A program made the translations under genes and the position numbers. A DNA stretch of 64,000 bases from Eledone cirrhosa (lineage: Eukaryota), in contig OZ024753.1 of NCBI GenBank assembly GCA_964016885.1, forward strand, positions 37,820,001 to 37,884,000, in the 5' to 3' direction. This document shows, piece by piece, positions 1 through 10,636 of the stretch; positions within the stretch are counted from its first letter, which is position 1, and every line of letters starts with the position of its first letter. The notes beneath the pieces are model-generated. The model saw only the letters and a program-made list of their open reading frames with translations, made no database searches and was not told the origin of the DNA.

Positions 1-1932
1 GTGTAGGGTATGTCAGGATATGTGTAGGGTATGTCAGGATATGTGTAGGGTATGTCAGTATATGTGTAGTGTATGTCAGGATATGTGTAGGGTATGATAG
101 GATATGTGTAGGGTATGTCAGGATATGTGTAGGGTATGTCAGGATATGTGTAGGGTATGTCAGGATATGTGTAGGGTATGTCAGGATATGTGTAGGGTAT
201 GTTAGTATATGTGTAGGGTATGTCAGGATATGTGTAGGGTATGTTAGTATATGTGTAGGGTATGTCAGGATATGTGTAGGGTATGTTAGTATATGTGTAG
301 GGTATGTCAGGATATGTGTAGGGTATGTTAGTATATGTGTAGTGTATGTCAGGATACGTGTAGGGTATGTCAGGATATGTGTAGGGTATGTTAGTATATG
401 TGTAGTGTATGTCAGGATATGTGTAGGGTATGTCAGGATATGTGTAGGGTATGTTAGTATATGTGTAGTGTATGTCAGGATATGTGTAGTGTATGTCAGG
501 ATATGTGTAGGGTATGTCAGGATATGTGTAGTGTATGTCAGGATATGTGTAGGGTATGTCAGGATATGTTTAGGGTATGTTAGTATATGTGTAGTGTATG
601 TCAGGATATGTGTAGGGTATGTCAGGATATGTTAGGATATTTGTAGGGTATGATAGGATATGTGTAGGGTATGTCAGTATATGTGTAGGGTATGTCAGGA
701 TATGTGTGGGGTATGTCAGGATATGTGTAGTGTATGTCAGGATATGTCAGTATATGTGTAGGGTATGTCAGGATATGTGTAGGGTATGTCAGGATATGTG
801 TAGGGTATGTCAGGATATGTGTAGGGTATGTTAGTATATGTGTGGGGTATGTCAGTATATGTGTGGGGTATGTCAGGATATGTGTAGGGTATGTCAGGAT
901 ATGTGTAGGGTATGTCAGGATATGTTAGGATATGTGTAGGGTATGTCAGTATATGTGTAGGGTATGTCAGGATATGTTAGGATATGTGTAGGGTATGTCA
1001 GGATATGTGTAGGGTATGTCAGGATATGTGTAGGGTATGTCAGGATATGTGTAGGGTATGTTAGTATATGTGTGGGGTATGTCAGTATATGTGTGGGGTA
1101 TGTCAGGATATGTGTAGGGTATGTCAGGATATGTGTAGGGTATGATAGGATATGTGTAGGGTATGTCAGTATATGTGTAGTGTATGTCAGGATATGTGTA
1201 GGGTATGTTAGTATATGTCAGGATATGTGTAGGGTATGTTAGTATATGTGTGGGGTATGTCAGTATATGTGTAGGGTATGTCAGGATATGTGTGGGGTAT
1301 GTCAGTATATGTGTAGTGTATGTCAGGATATGTGTAGGGTATGTTAGTATATGTGTGGGGTATGTCAGTATATGTGTAGGGTATGTTAGTATATGTGTGG
1401 GGTATGTCAGTATATGTGTAGTGTATGTCAGGATATGTGTAGGGTATGTTAGTATATGTGTAGTGTATGTCAGGATATGTGTAGGGTATGTTAGTATATG
1501 TCAGGATATGTGTAGGGTATGTTAGTATATGTGTAGTGTATGTCAGGATATGTGTAGGGTATGTTAGTATATGTGTGGGGTATGTCAGTATATGTGTAGG
1601 GTATGTCAGGATATATGTAGGGTATGTTAGTATATGTGTGGGGTATGTCAGTATATGTGTAGTGTATGTCAGTATATGTGTGGGGTATGTCAGGATATGT
1701 GTAGGGTATGTTAGTATATGTGTGGGGTATGATAGGATATGTGTAGGGTATGTCAGGAAATGTGTAGGGTATGTCAGTATATGTGTGGGGTATGATAGGA
1801 TATGTCAGGATATGTGTAGGGTATGTTAGTATATGTGTGGGGTATGTCAGTATATGTGTAGGGTATGTCAGGATATGTGTAGGGTATGTTAGTATATGTG
1901 TGGGGTATGATAGGATATGTGAAGGGTATGTT
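1..1932. repeat. 21-bp minisatellite (GTGTAGGGTATGTCAGGATAT)n, about 90 copies, intronic, runs off the window start
   Basis: Direct tandem periodicity with a few recurrent variants (gtcagg/gttagt/gatagg/gtcagt; taggg/tagtg/tgggg). It explains the CVGYVRI-repeat ORFs. Confidence 0.98.
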
Positions 1933-1960
1933 GATTTTTTTTTTTTTTTGTATTTTCCAG

Positions 1961-2150
1961 TGTAAGAAACAGGATGCAAATGAGTTTGGATAAACTTGCT
2001 GAAATGGCCAACGAAAGAGAAGAGAAGAGAAATAATCTGAAGCAAGTGTGGATGACCGGAGATCAGAGCAGCCAACTACATAAAGAATTGAAAGACAAAC
2101 CAACAGAAATGCAACATCAGGAGAGGAAACCATTTAATAATGGCAAACAG
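1961..2150 (+). CDS. CPLANE1: CPLANE1-like exon A (start of Joubert-like domain)
   Basis: Poly-T tract and ttccag acceptor; CAG|gtaaaa donor; VRNRMQMSLDK...PFNNGKQ. Confidence 0.8.
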
Positions 2151-5100
2151 GTAAAAAAAATATGAATACAACAACACTGTGCATTTCAAGGACATTTTCC
2201 CTTTGCTGTAAACCTGTGATAGTCTTCATACTCATCATGCGGTCTTTTTTGAGACAATGTTGTAGAGTTGGATAGCTTTCTTGGTGCCAACCCTTGTTGG
2301 GTATCAGATTCTGCAAGGGTGCATACTGTCGCCTCTCCTCTTCATAATTTTCATGAACAGGATTGACATGCACAGCCGGGTTGGAAGTGGTATCACAACT
2401 AGTGAGTGTGGAGTCAGTCGACTGAAATTTGCAGATGATATGATCTTACTTAAGTTGTCAGAAGTTGATCTCTGACATGCACCTCATAAGCTTGCTGCCA
2501 AGTGCTGCTCAGCAGATGAGAATGAAAATCAGTGTTGTGAAGACTGAAACATTCGTCCTCTGAAGGAAGCCTGTACAGTCCACTCTACATGTGAGTAGAA
2601 TTCCACTGAAGCCTATGGAGAACTTCAAGTATCTCAGGGTTGTGTTCTCAAGTGATGGAAGGCAGAAGATTTGCTATTAATACAGCTAGATTTAGTATTT
2701 GTTTCTACAAATTCAAAGCATATTAATTATTTTCATGGTCATAGCAAAGCTAACCTTTTCATACTAAATTGCCTCTGGTTCTACAATATAAAACTATTTA
2801 AAAATATATTTATCTAAAACCCTTTCGTCATAATTTTATGTAAGAATATGAAATAAATAATGAGAAAGTTGGTTATAATACTAAATCCTTCGAAATACAT
2901 GATTATTTTCAAAATTATTTGAAAATTATTGGCAGTGCCTTCTATTAGAAAAAGGTAATGAAAAGGTTAAAGCAAAGTTGCTGGGGTTTTTTCTTTAAAT
3001 TGTTTTGGTATTTAATTTTATTGTATTTTTAAAACATTTGTTCTTTAAATATGGAAAATAGAAACTCTTTTACTTCTGTCTCTGAAATTTTAAATAGAAA
3101 ACTCTTTTTATTTATGCAGGAGTCAACAAGTTTTAAAGCCATTGAGAAAGCTATAAAATCACGAGAACAACAACGATCTGAAAGATTTACACAAGCTCAG
3201 GAAAAAAGACTTCGTGATGTTGAAAAATTGATCCAGAATTTTCAATTTGATCAAGCTAAAATCAAGCAACAATATTCTCTTCTAAAATGGCAGCCACACA
3301 CTCCATCTAAAAGAAAAAGTGCATCACAAAACTCATCCAAATTATCATTGCATTCAAAGAACTCAACAAAAACCAGAACTATTCATAAGTCAGAATCTTA
3401 TAGCCCAACAAAGATCTATAATAATGATGGTAATAATAGGCTACGTTTGCAATCTGCAACCCAAACTATTGTCAGTGAAAAACATCCAAATTCAAAACTA
3501 ACCTGGCCATACTTTCCACCTGAGTATTATTCTAACTATACTTCAACTTCTGAAAAACAAAATTCATCAAAGGTTAAAGACATAAGCCGTGTTTTGTCAT
3601 CAGACAAACCTTATCAAGAATTTGTACGATGTCAACGACCTGAAATTACAAGGAAAGTTATTGTTGCTGATACCAAGCCTTACATTCAGCGCCTAGCAGA
3701 TATTAAACAGGGCAACCTCCAATCAGAAAGAGTTAATGACAAACCAAAACTAATTGGTCAGTAATTTTTATTCTATCATCATCATCCATTACTCCATTTT
3801 CCTCTCTAATATCATCCTCATCACTGTTAGAGCTTTTTCCTCTGTGATATCATCATCATTGTCATAGTTCTTCTTCACCCACTTATTCCCGAGAAGGTCA
3901 TGGGGGGAGAATCCTCAAACACTCCTTCCAGTGGGTCCTGTCAGAACCAACCATCTCCAACTGATCTGGCTGGATCCCCAAGCGTGACCAGCCAAGCTCA
4001 TGGATGTTATCCAACCATCAAAGATTAAAATATTTTGTTTGGATATTTTGTTATTTTCAACAATTTCTATTTATTAATCATAGTAGTTAATTAATTAAAT
4101 AGTAGCAGCTAAATAAGTAATGATTTGACCTAATAATTCAAGTTCTTTTATTTTATGTGCGAGGACTAGGGGTGTGGGATAGAATTTCAAAATCTTAAGT
4201 TGTCCCATGATAGAAAAAGGGTAAGAACCACTGCTTTAGATTTATAACTTAAAGGATGATTCATTAGATGAAAATATTTGAAGCTGGCAGCTATGTTTCA
4301 ATGTATTTTAGATACCTAAATTATTAAATAAAAGATTTCATAACATTTTTTTGCAGGAGTGAAAAAAATACCAACTGGTCCTACCAAATCTACAAAGAGC
4401 CATGGAGGACAAATGCGGGATGTAAGCAAAGCAAGCTCTGTTAGCAATCCAAGTAAGGTTTTCTGCTTTTTCTATAATATTTGAAGCTAGTATTATTCTC
4501 CATGAGGTGGTGAATTGGCGGCAGAGTCATTGAAACATTGGATAGAAAGCTTTGTGGTATTTATTTAGGTTCACTATAGTCTCTGCATTTAAAACCTACT
4601 GAGACCATCTGTGTTGTCAAAATAAAATGCATCCAGCCCACTCAATAAAGTGGTAGTGCTGGTATCACAATACATGTTGTAAAGTGGTTGGCATTAGAAA
4701 AGTCATCCACACAGAGAAGCCATGTTGAAATGAAATATATAGTCTCAGAATTTTGGCTCTACACACAACAATCTTTTGGGATCGCCGGCTTAGGATGACC
4801 CCGACCTCGTTGAGCAAGAAGAGTCTCAGAATGTGAGAACCTGTCCAACCCATGCCAAGATGGAAAACGATGTAGTGTTAGTCCATTGCTGAAATCTAGT
4901 TACACTTATGATTTTAAGATAAGATTCAGATTTAGTTGAATGTTTAAACATCATCATCATCATTTTACGTCCGCCTTTCCCTGCTTGCAAGGGTGGGATG
5001 GGAACTGATTCGGCTTGATTTCTACAGCTGGATGCCCTTCCTAATACCAACCTCATTTACAGTGAGTGTTGGGTGCTTTTTTGCCGTGGCACCCCCACGA

Positions 5101-8100
5101 CCACTTTGCAGTGGAATGATAGGGACCCCAGTCCCTATCATCTCATTTCTACAGCTGAGTAAACTGGAGCAATGTGAAATAAAGTGTCTTGCTCAAGGAA
5201 ACAACACATCACCCAGTCTGAGAATTGAACTCGCAACCTTTCGTTTGCAAGGCCAATGCTCTAACCACTAAGCCATGTGCCTCCACATATTGAAATATTT
5301 CCCTCTATTGTGTATATTGTATTATAGTATAACATGTGATATTATATTATAGTATAACATATGTATATTGTATTATAGTATAACATGTGTATATTGTATT
5401 ATAGTATAGTACTAGCAGAATGGCCCGGCGTTGCTCGGGATTTGCTCTAGGGTTCTTATATATTTATCCTTATCGAGCCTCATGAAATAAATATGTTTGA
5501 TTATATTTTGTTATTGTGTATGCAAAAATATCTGTACATGAATATATAATTATATATATATTAAAATAACAGATTAAAGTTTAAGCAAAGAATCGCTGCT
5601 TTCACCCTTAATGGGATCTTCTGAAACTAAAAAAAATCAATCCATGAACGCAGAAGTAAATATTTCGAAAAATGTTACACACTATATATATATATACACA
5701 CTATATATACATATATATATACACACACACATATATAGCGTCATAATGTTGTAATGCATAGAGACAGATATTATATGGGCGCAATGTTATATCTATGTAT
5801 CTATCTAAAAAGAAAGACTAAGAATTATAGAGAGATCACCTAATGCGGTCCCTAGGGCATTGAAAATTTGAAAATTTTTTTTCTGAAAACACTCACAGGA
5901 CCATAAGTATTACATGTGTAAAGTTTGAAAACAATTGGCTGGGTGGTTCTCTGTTTTAGATATATAGATAACATGTGGGACATTCTCTGTTTTAGATACA
6001 TAGATAACATGTGGGACATTCTCTGTTTTAGATATATAGATAACATGTGGGACATTCTCTGTTTTAGATACATAGATAACATGTGGGACATTCTCTGTTT
6101 TAGATATATAGATAGCATGTGGGACATTCTCTGTTTTAGATATATAGATAACATGTGGGACATTCTCTGTTTTAGATATATAGATAACATGTGTATATTG
6201 TATTATATTATACTGTAACATGATTTTATTTATAAGAATCTTTTTGTTTTTGTAATTCAACAGGATATGAACAAAAAGAATCTATTCATCAAAGAATGCC
6301 AAAACGTAAACCACAAACCTACACAGAAAGACTTCGGCAACTATCAAACAAAGGCACTTATACCGCAAAAGGTGGGATATTTTTCTTCTCTATTTATATA
6401 TATTGAAAACATGGCGAGGTTTCACATTATGGTCTTTATTGATTATACATAGTTATGACTGTTTCTACTGAACCACCTAATATATATCATCATCATCGTT
6501 TAACGTCCATCTTCCACGCTTGCATGGGTTTGGACGGGAGTTTTCCCACTTGAAGCAAGAGTGGTTGTCTCACTCACATAGGACTGTCTGGCGGGTTTTC
6601 TACGGCTGGATGCCCTTCCTAACACCAACTACGTTTACAGTGTGGAGCTGGGAGGTTTTTACCGTGTTACCTACATGGCCACATTACAGCGTGGACTGTG
6701 TGTTTTTTTGTCGTGACACCTACACGACCTCATTTGTTTCGAACTGGATGTTGTGGTACCAACATAACTTTACATTGAAAGGGGTGGTGTGGATGGGGTG
6801 GGGGTAGTGGGACGGGGGTGTATTTTGTTAGAGGTGCCTACTGACTGTAGTAGGTTTCACTTTGTACTTAGGTAAGGCGGGTCTTCTGTATTACTGTGTA
6901 GCGCCAAAGATCTCGGTCCAGTGACATTGTCTTGCTCCGTGGCTACCGTCTATTTTTATTGCCCTGCACTTTTTTATACAGCTGTCGTCTTTCATGCGCA
7001 TCACGTGACCATACCAACGTAGTCTTCTCTCGAGTAAACAACATCTGATCCCTCTTATTTCTAATTTTTCCCTTAGTTCGTTTATGCTTTATATATATAT
7101 ATAAATGAAGTATTTCCATAGGAAAGGTAAAGGAAAAGAGAGTGCTCTATGTAGGCTACAGAGCTTTTTAGTTATGTAATAAACAACATATGATAATTAT
7201 TTCATTTACCAGTGGTTTCTTGAAGACAGATATTTATGTGTCTTCATTCATCAGAAAAATAATATCTGTCTTCAAGAAACCACTGGTAAATGAAATAATT
7301 ATCTTATGTTGTTTATTACATAACTATATATATATATATATCATCATCATTGTTTAACTTCCATTTTCCACACTAGCAATGTATGTGTGTGTTTAGAAAT
7401 GAAGAAAATCTGAAACGCCGGAGAATAACTGTACAACAGTTTTAGAAAATTGGATAAATATATTCCTGTAGTCAGAAAAAGTGGCCATTTTTTCTGTCTA
7501 TAGGAGTATAAATATTTGATTTTCTGAAGCTGTTTCATAGTTATTCTCCAGTGTTTGAGATTTTTTTCAGATCTGACAGAGGTCCAACACACACAAGTTC
7601 TATGTTAAAATTCCACAAGTATTAACTTTTATCTGGACTTAATAAAATAAAATATTGATTTATGGTGGGGCACCGTTATATATCCCTATTTATTAAATAA
7701 ATTTGACCAAATAAATTATTATTAAGAAACGGTGGATTGGCAGTATCGGTAGAGGGTCGGACGCCATGCTTTACAGCAAAGAGTTACGGCCCTTTATGAT
7801 CTGAGTTCAAATCCCGCGGAGGTTAACTTTGCCTTTCATCCTTACGGGGTCAATAAAATAAAGTACCAGTAATATACTGATATAATTGCTGGCCTTGTGC
7901 CAAAAGTAGAAACAATTATTAAGAAACCCTTATTTTTTTATTTCCTATTTTCAGAAATATCAAATGCCACTGTAACTCTTAAAAAACCAACACAACAACA
8001 AAGTAAGTATTATTTGTATTTTACTAACCTAAAGTTTTGTCTGTCTGTTTGTCTGATGCAACATTTTCCAGCATACATCATCAACATCATTATTTTAAAG

Positions 8101-9626
8101 TTTACTTTTCAATACTAGTATCAAATAAAATGTACAGTTTACACCTATGTAGGTTTAGCTGGCCTCCTATAAAGTTGCATCTCATAGATTTCTTGGGTGT
8201 TTTAATGATAGGGGTTCCAGTCCTTTCAAGTTGTTACAGTTCACACCAGTGTAGGTTTAGCTGGCCTCCTACCAGGTTACATCTCATAGGACAATTATTG
8301 GGTATTTTAATGAAAGGCAAAATTGACTGCGGCAGGATTTGAACTCAGGGAGCAGAAAACCAGAGCAAACACCACAAAGCATTCTAATGACTCCTCTGCC
8401 AATTTTCTACCTGATGACATTGATACTAATTGTAATTATATTCTACTTAACAGCTTCTAGTCAACACAGAATGAAAATGACACAAGACAAGACAGCTATC
8501 AGACATCATCCATACGGAGATTCTCATCAGGTCCCTGATGGATATATATCTGATGTCAGTGAATGGTCCTTGGATGATCGCATGAAAAACATCCTCTATG
8601 AAGACAAAAAGGTAGAGTTAACCCTTTCAATACCTAACTGCCCCTGGTTTTATGGTATTAAACTGTTTATTTTTATTTTAAAAACCTTCCATCCTAATTT
8701 CATATAGGAACCTTTATTTTTACATGGGGAGGTTCATGTGGGAATGTTCAATGGAGTCACAGTCACGAGCTTACAGAGGGATAGAAAACATTCCATCTAT
8801 TCTATCTACAAACACGTGTTTCTGTATTTTGAATATATTTACCTGTAAAATGTTGCCGTATTTATATCTGCACCCTCAGATTCTGAAGATCCCAAAAAGG
8901 GAGAAAGCAAAGATGCTTATACTATTATTTTCATATATATATAAATATTTTAATAGGTTCTTAATTAAATTTAAATCTTTCAACAAGTTTATATAAGAAC
9001 CATATGTTAAGCTACTATCTTAACCCTTTAGCATTTAAACCAGCCAGAACTCTTTCTGTTCAAACTGGCAACTCATAAATTCAATATCACATGATATAAT
9101 TATGTAAGATAAAGCCTTTACCACAAAAAATACATTACTATATAGAGTAATGTAAATGCTAAAGGGTTAATAATAATTCATAATTTTAGTAAATCCCTCA
9201 AAATTCTTCCCTGACGCTATTATAATTATTTTGTTGTAGACTGTGGACCAAGAATACTTTGATGAAGGCTCCAACTCAGCATCAGATTATTACGATGATG
9301 TGATATCTGTGTCTCAACATCAAGATCCTTCTGATGTAAATTACGATGATGAAATATCTGTGTCTCAACATAACCAGGATCCTCCTGATGTAGTTTATGA
9401 TGACATACTATCAGTGGTTCAACATAACCAGGATCCTTCTGATGTAGTTTACGATGACGAAATATCTGTCTCCCAACATAACCAAGATCCTTCTGATGTA
9501 CTATCTGTGTCTCAACATAACCAGGATCCTTCTGATGTGGTCACTTGTTTAAGTTCCTGTTCTTTATCAAGTCATATTGACTGGACTGCAGTTGAAAGAG
9601 GACTCACAGAACAAATCAACTCTTAA
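1961..9626 (+). CDS. CPLANE1: 3' part (7 exons, about 540 aa) of a probable ciliogenesis and planar polarity effector 1 (C5orf42/JBTS17) orthologue; 5' exons lie upstream of the window
   Basis: Exons 1961-2150, 3120-3756, 4357-4452, 6264-6371, 7955-8002, 8454-8611 and 9240-9626 all have AG/GT ends and join into one open frame to TAA. Motifs KRNNLKQVWM..QERKPF..TSFKAI..EKRLRDVEKLI, SEWSLDDRMKNIL and terminal SLSSHIDWTAVE match, from memory, the Joubert domain and C-terminal motifs of vertebrate CPLANE1 (REIQAWM..QEHDPF; SPWTIPSEIHKIL; SKLDWNAIE). The gene model is firmer than the name. Confidence 0.65.
2170..2667 (+). mobile_element. RTE-clade LINE fragment, reverse transcriptase core
   Basis: QGCILSPLLFIIFM..FADD motifs followed by stops and frameshifts. 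Confidence 0.88.
3120..3756 (+). CDS. CPLANE1: CPLANE1-like exon B
   Basis: atgcag acceptor, TTG|gtcagt donor; lies within ORF 3051-3764; phase 0 to 1. Confidence 0.85.
3848..4019 (-). mobile_element. RTE LINE 3' end fragment
   Basis: Near reverse complement of 22424-22573. Confidence 0.85.
4357..4452 (+). CDS. CPLANE1: CPLANE1-like exon C (96 nt)
   Basis: ttgcag / gtaagg; open, phase 1-1. Confidence 0.75.
4950..5090 (-). mobile_element. repeat family C sharing the RTE-type 3' tail (gacgtaaaatgatgatgat)
   Basis: ctacagctggatgcccttcctaa..ccaacc core recurs near 6600, 12600, 17585, 44450 and 46290; 16670-16713 is nearly the reverse complement of 4954-4996. Confidence 0.7.
5142..5284 (-). mobile_element. 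tRNA-derived SINE family B (CORE-like ccttgagcaagacactt)
   Basis: On -: tggcttagtggttagagc..gagttcaattctc. Other copies near 10410-10520(-), 40120-40215(+), 42340-42455(-), 46855-46935(+), 48235-48345(+), 59105-59230(-). Confidence 0.8.
5311..5411. repeat. about 26-bp minisatellite (tgtatattgtattatagtataacatg), about 4 copies, resuming after 6185
   Basis: Direct periodicity on both sides of the Helitron. Confidence 0.8.
5412..6184 (-). mobile_element. non-autonomous Helitron
   Basis: On -: 5' TCTATATATCTAAAACAGAG; 3' hairpin CCCGAGCAACGCCGGG about 8 nt before the terminal CTAG; inserted between A and T with no target-site duplication, splitting a host 26-bp repeat. Confidence 0.8.
5947..6193. 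repeat. 36-bp tandem repeat, about 7 copies (TTCTCTGTTTTAGATATATAGATAACATGTGGGACA)
   Basis: Direct periodicity; source of the LCFRYIDNMWDI and MLSIYLKQRMSH ORFs. Confidence 0.95.
6264..6371 (+). CDS. CPLANE1: CPLANE1-like exon D (108 nt)
   Basis: caacag / gtggga; YEQKES..PQTYTERLRQL; phase 1-1. Confidence 0.75.
6488..7088 (-). mobile_element. 5'-truncated RTE-like LINE 3' end with (GAT)n tail
   Basis: - strand encodes ELREKLEIRGIRCCLLERRLRWYGHVMRM; ends gcgtggaagatggacgttaaacgatgatgat. Confidence 0.8.
7169..7326. repeat. inverted repeat, 66-bp arms (one mismatch), 26-nt spacer
   Basis: 7169-7234 is the reverse complement of 7261-7326. Confidence 0.95.
7197..7263 (-). ncRNA. minimal type-I hammerhead ribozyme-like motif inside a palindromic element
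   Basis: On -: uuauuuuu-CUGAUGA-a-UGAAGACA(loop)UGUCUUCA-a-GAAA-CCACUGG-UA-aaugaaauaa. Core, 8-bp stem II, short near-palindromic stem III and a GUA site are present. Stem II lacks the canonical G-C closing pair. Confidence 0.55.
7730..7920 (+). mobile_element. tRNA-derived SINE family A (central ttgcctttcatcct..gggtcgataaaataaagtaccag)
   Basis: A-box-like tggcagtatcggt and B box gagttcaaatccc. Many copies, e.g. 20283-20490(-), 24140-24300(+), 30615-30965(+), 31870-32210(-), 44830-44965(-), 57075-57360(+), 63165-63955(-). Confidence 0.85.
7955..8002 (+). CDS. CPLANE1: CPLANE1-like exon E (48 nt)
   Basis: tttcag / gtaagt; phase 1-1. Confidence 0.7.
8454..8611 (+). CDS. CPLANE1: CPLANE1-like exon F
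   Basis: taacag / gtagag; encodes SDVSEWSLDDRMKNILY. Confidence 0.8.
9024..9166. mobile_element. piggyBac-type MITE
   Basis: Perfect 14-bp TIR CCCTTTAGCATTTA / TAAATGCTAAAGGG flanked by TTAA on both sides. Confidence 0.8.
9240..9626 (+). CDS. CPLANE1: CPLANE1-like terminal exon with acidic 18-aa repeat
   Basis: ttgtag acceptor; in frame to TAA at 9624-9626; ends SSHIDWTAVERGLTEQINS. Confidence 0.8.
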   Translation, partial: TVDQEYFDEGSNSASDYYDDVISVSQHQDPSDVNYDDEISVSQHNQDPPDVVYDDILSVVQHNQDPSDVVYDDEISVSQHNQDPSDVLSVSQHNQDPSDVVTCLSSCSLSSHIDWTAVERGLTEQINS

Positions 9627-10603
9627 GGTATCTGAGCACACACTTGCTTCTAGGTGTTGCATTTTTAAAATCTTTTTTATTTATATTTCCTAAAAAAAAT
9701 GTTTTTATTTAGTAAAAAGTTGATTCTTAAAGTCAGCTTTGATTACAAAGTGCCTTTGTTGTAAATATACTATAAAAATACTATTAAAAAAATTTGTTAA
9801 AGAGTTATTGTTTGTTAACTCTAAAACATTAACAGATCAGTTGAATTTTAATTATTCATCCAACCGATAAAAGCATGGGAAAATGATGGTAATTGAGGAA
9901 ATACAACTATTTCTTTTATAATTTAAATATTTGCTTGAACTTCAACTGCAAGAAGCTAGTGGACCATTTTAGTTGTTTATTATGACAGAGAGGGATACAG
10001 TGTACCTATTCTAAACTGGATACCCACAAGGATATGATGTACCTATTTTAAACTTGATACACACAGGGGGATGGTGTACCTATGGTAATGATGATGTTAT
10101 GATAAAATACATCCAGCTGTAGAAACCATGCCAAAATGAATTGTATGCACAAGGAGTGGTCATCAGAAAAATGGACATACAACAATAATGATCACAAACG
10201 TATTACAACTGGAGCAGCTCTCCAAAATATTAACCACTCAACTGCAAAGCTAAAGGTTTAAAGTCTGTCTTGAGCTTGAGATGACTGATCAGGCCAGTGT
10301 TTATCCCAGTTACCATGGCATTAAGTGACAAAGAGTTCAAGACTTCCCACTGGACAAGACACCAGTCCATCTCAGGGTTAAAACCTCTAGCTATTACTGC
10401 TGGTACACATTTTCAGCAGAGTATACTGGAGCAACATGAAATGAAGTGTTTTGTTCAGGAATCGAACCCATGACATTATGACCGTAAGTCCAACACCCTT
10501 ACCACTAGGCCACATATCTTCACAACTACATAGCACAAGATCAATAAATACAATAATGACTTTAACATTTCCATCATAATGTTATTTATAAAATATAAAC
10601 ATA

Positions 10604-10609
10604 TTTATT
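10604..10609 (-). terminator. candidate WDR36 polyadenylation signal AATAAA
   Basis: tttatt on + reads AATAAA on -, about 28 nt after the stop. Confidence 0.55.
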
Positions 10610-10636
10610 CATTCATTTGAGATGTTTCAAAAGCCG

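Noticed and set aside
1-1932. Telomeric repeat or CRISPR array
   Set aside because: Contains TAGGG but not (TTAGGG)n; it has no unique spacers and no cas genes, and the context is eukaryotic.
69-2133. Long repetitive ORFs (CVGYVRI)n and (TYPTHIL)n
   Set aside because: By-product of a 21-bp satellite; frames are broken by 10-bp insertions and the array ends at a real splice acceptor.
5200-5284. tRNA gene
   Set aside because: The A/B-box head runs into a SINE body found many times in the window; there is no complete cloverleaf.
5852-6260. ORFs with 12-aa repeats; CRISPR-like 36-bp period
   Set aside because: Head-to-tail repeats without spacers, derived from a Helitron terminus.
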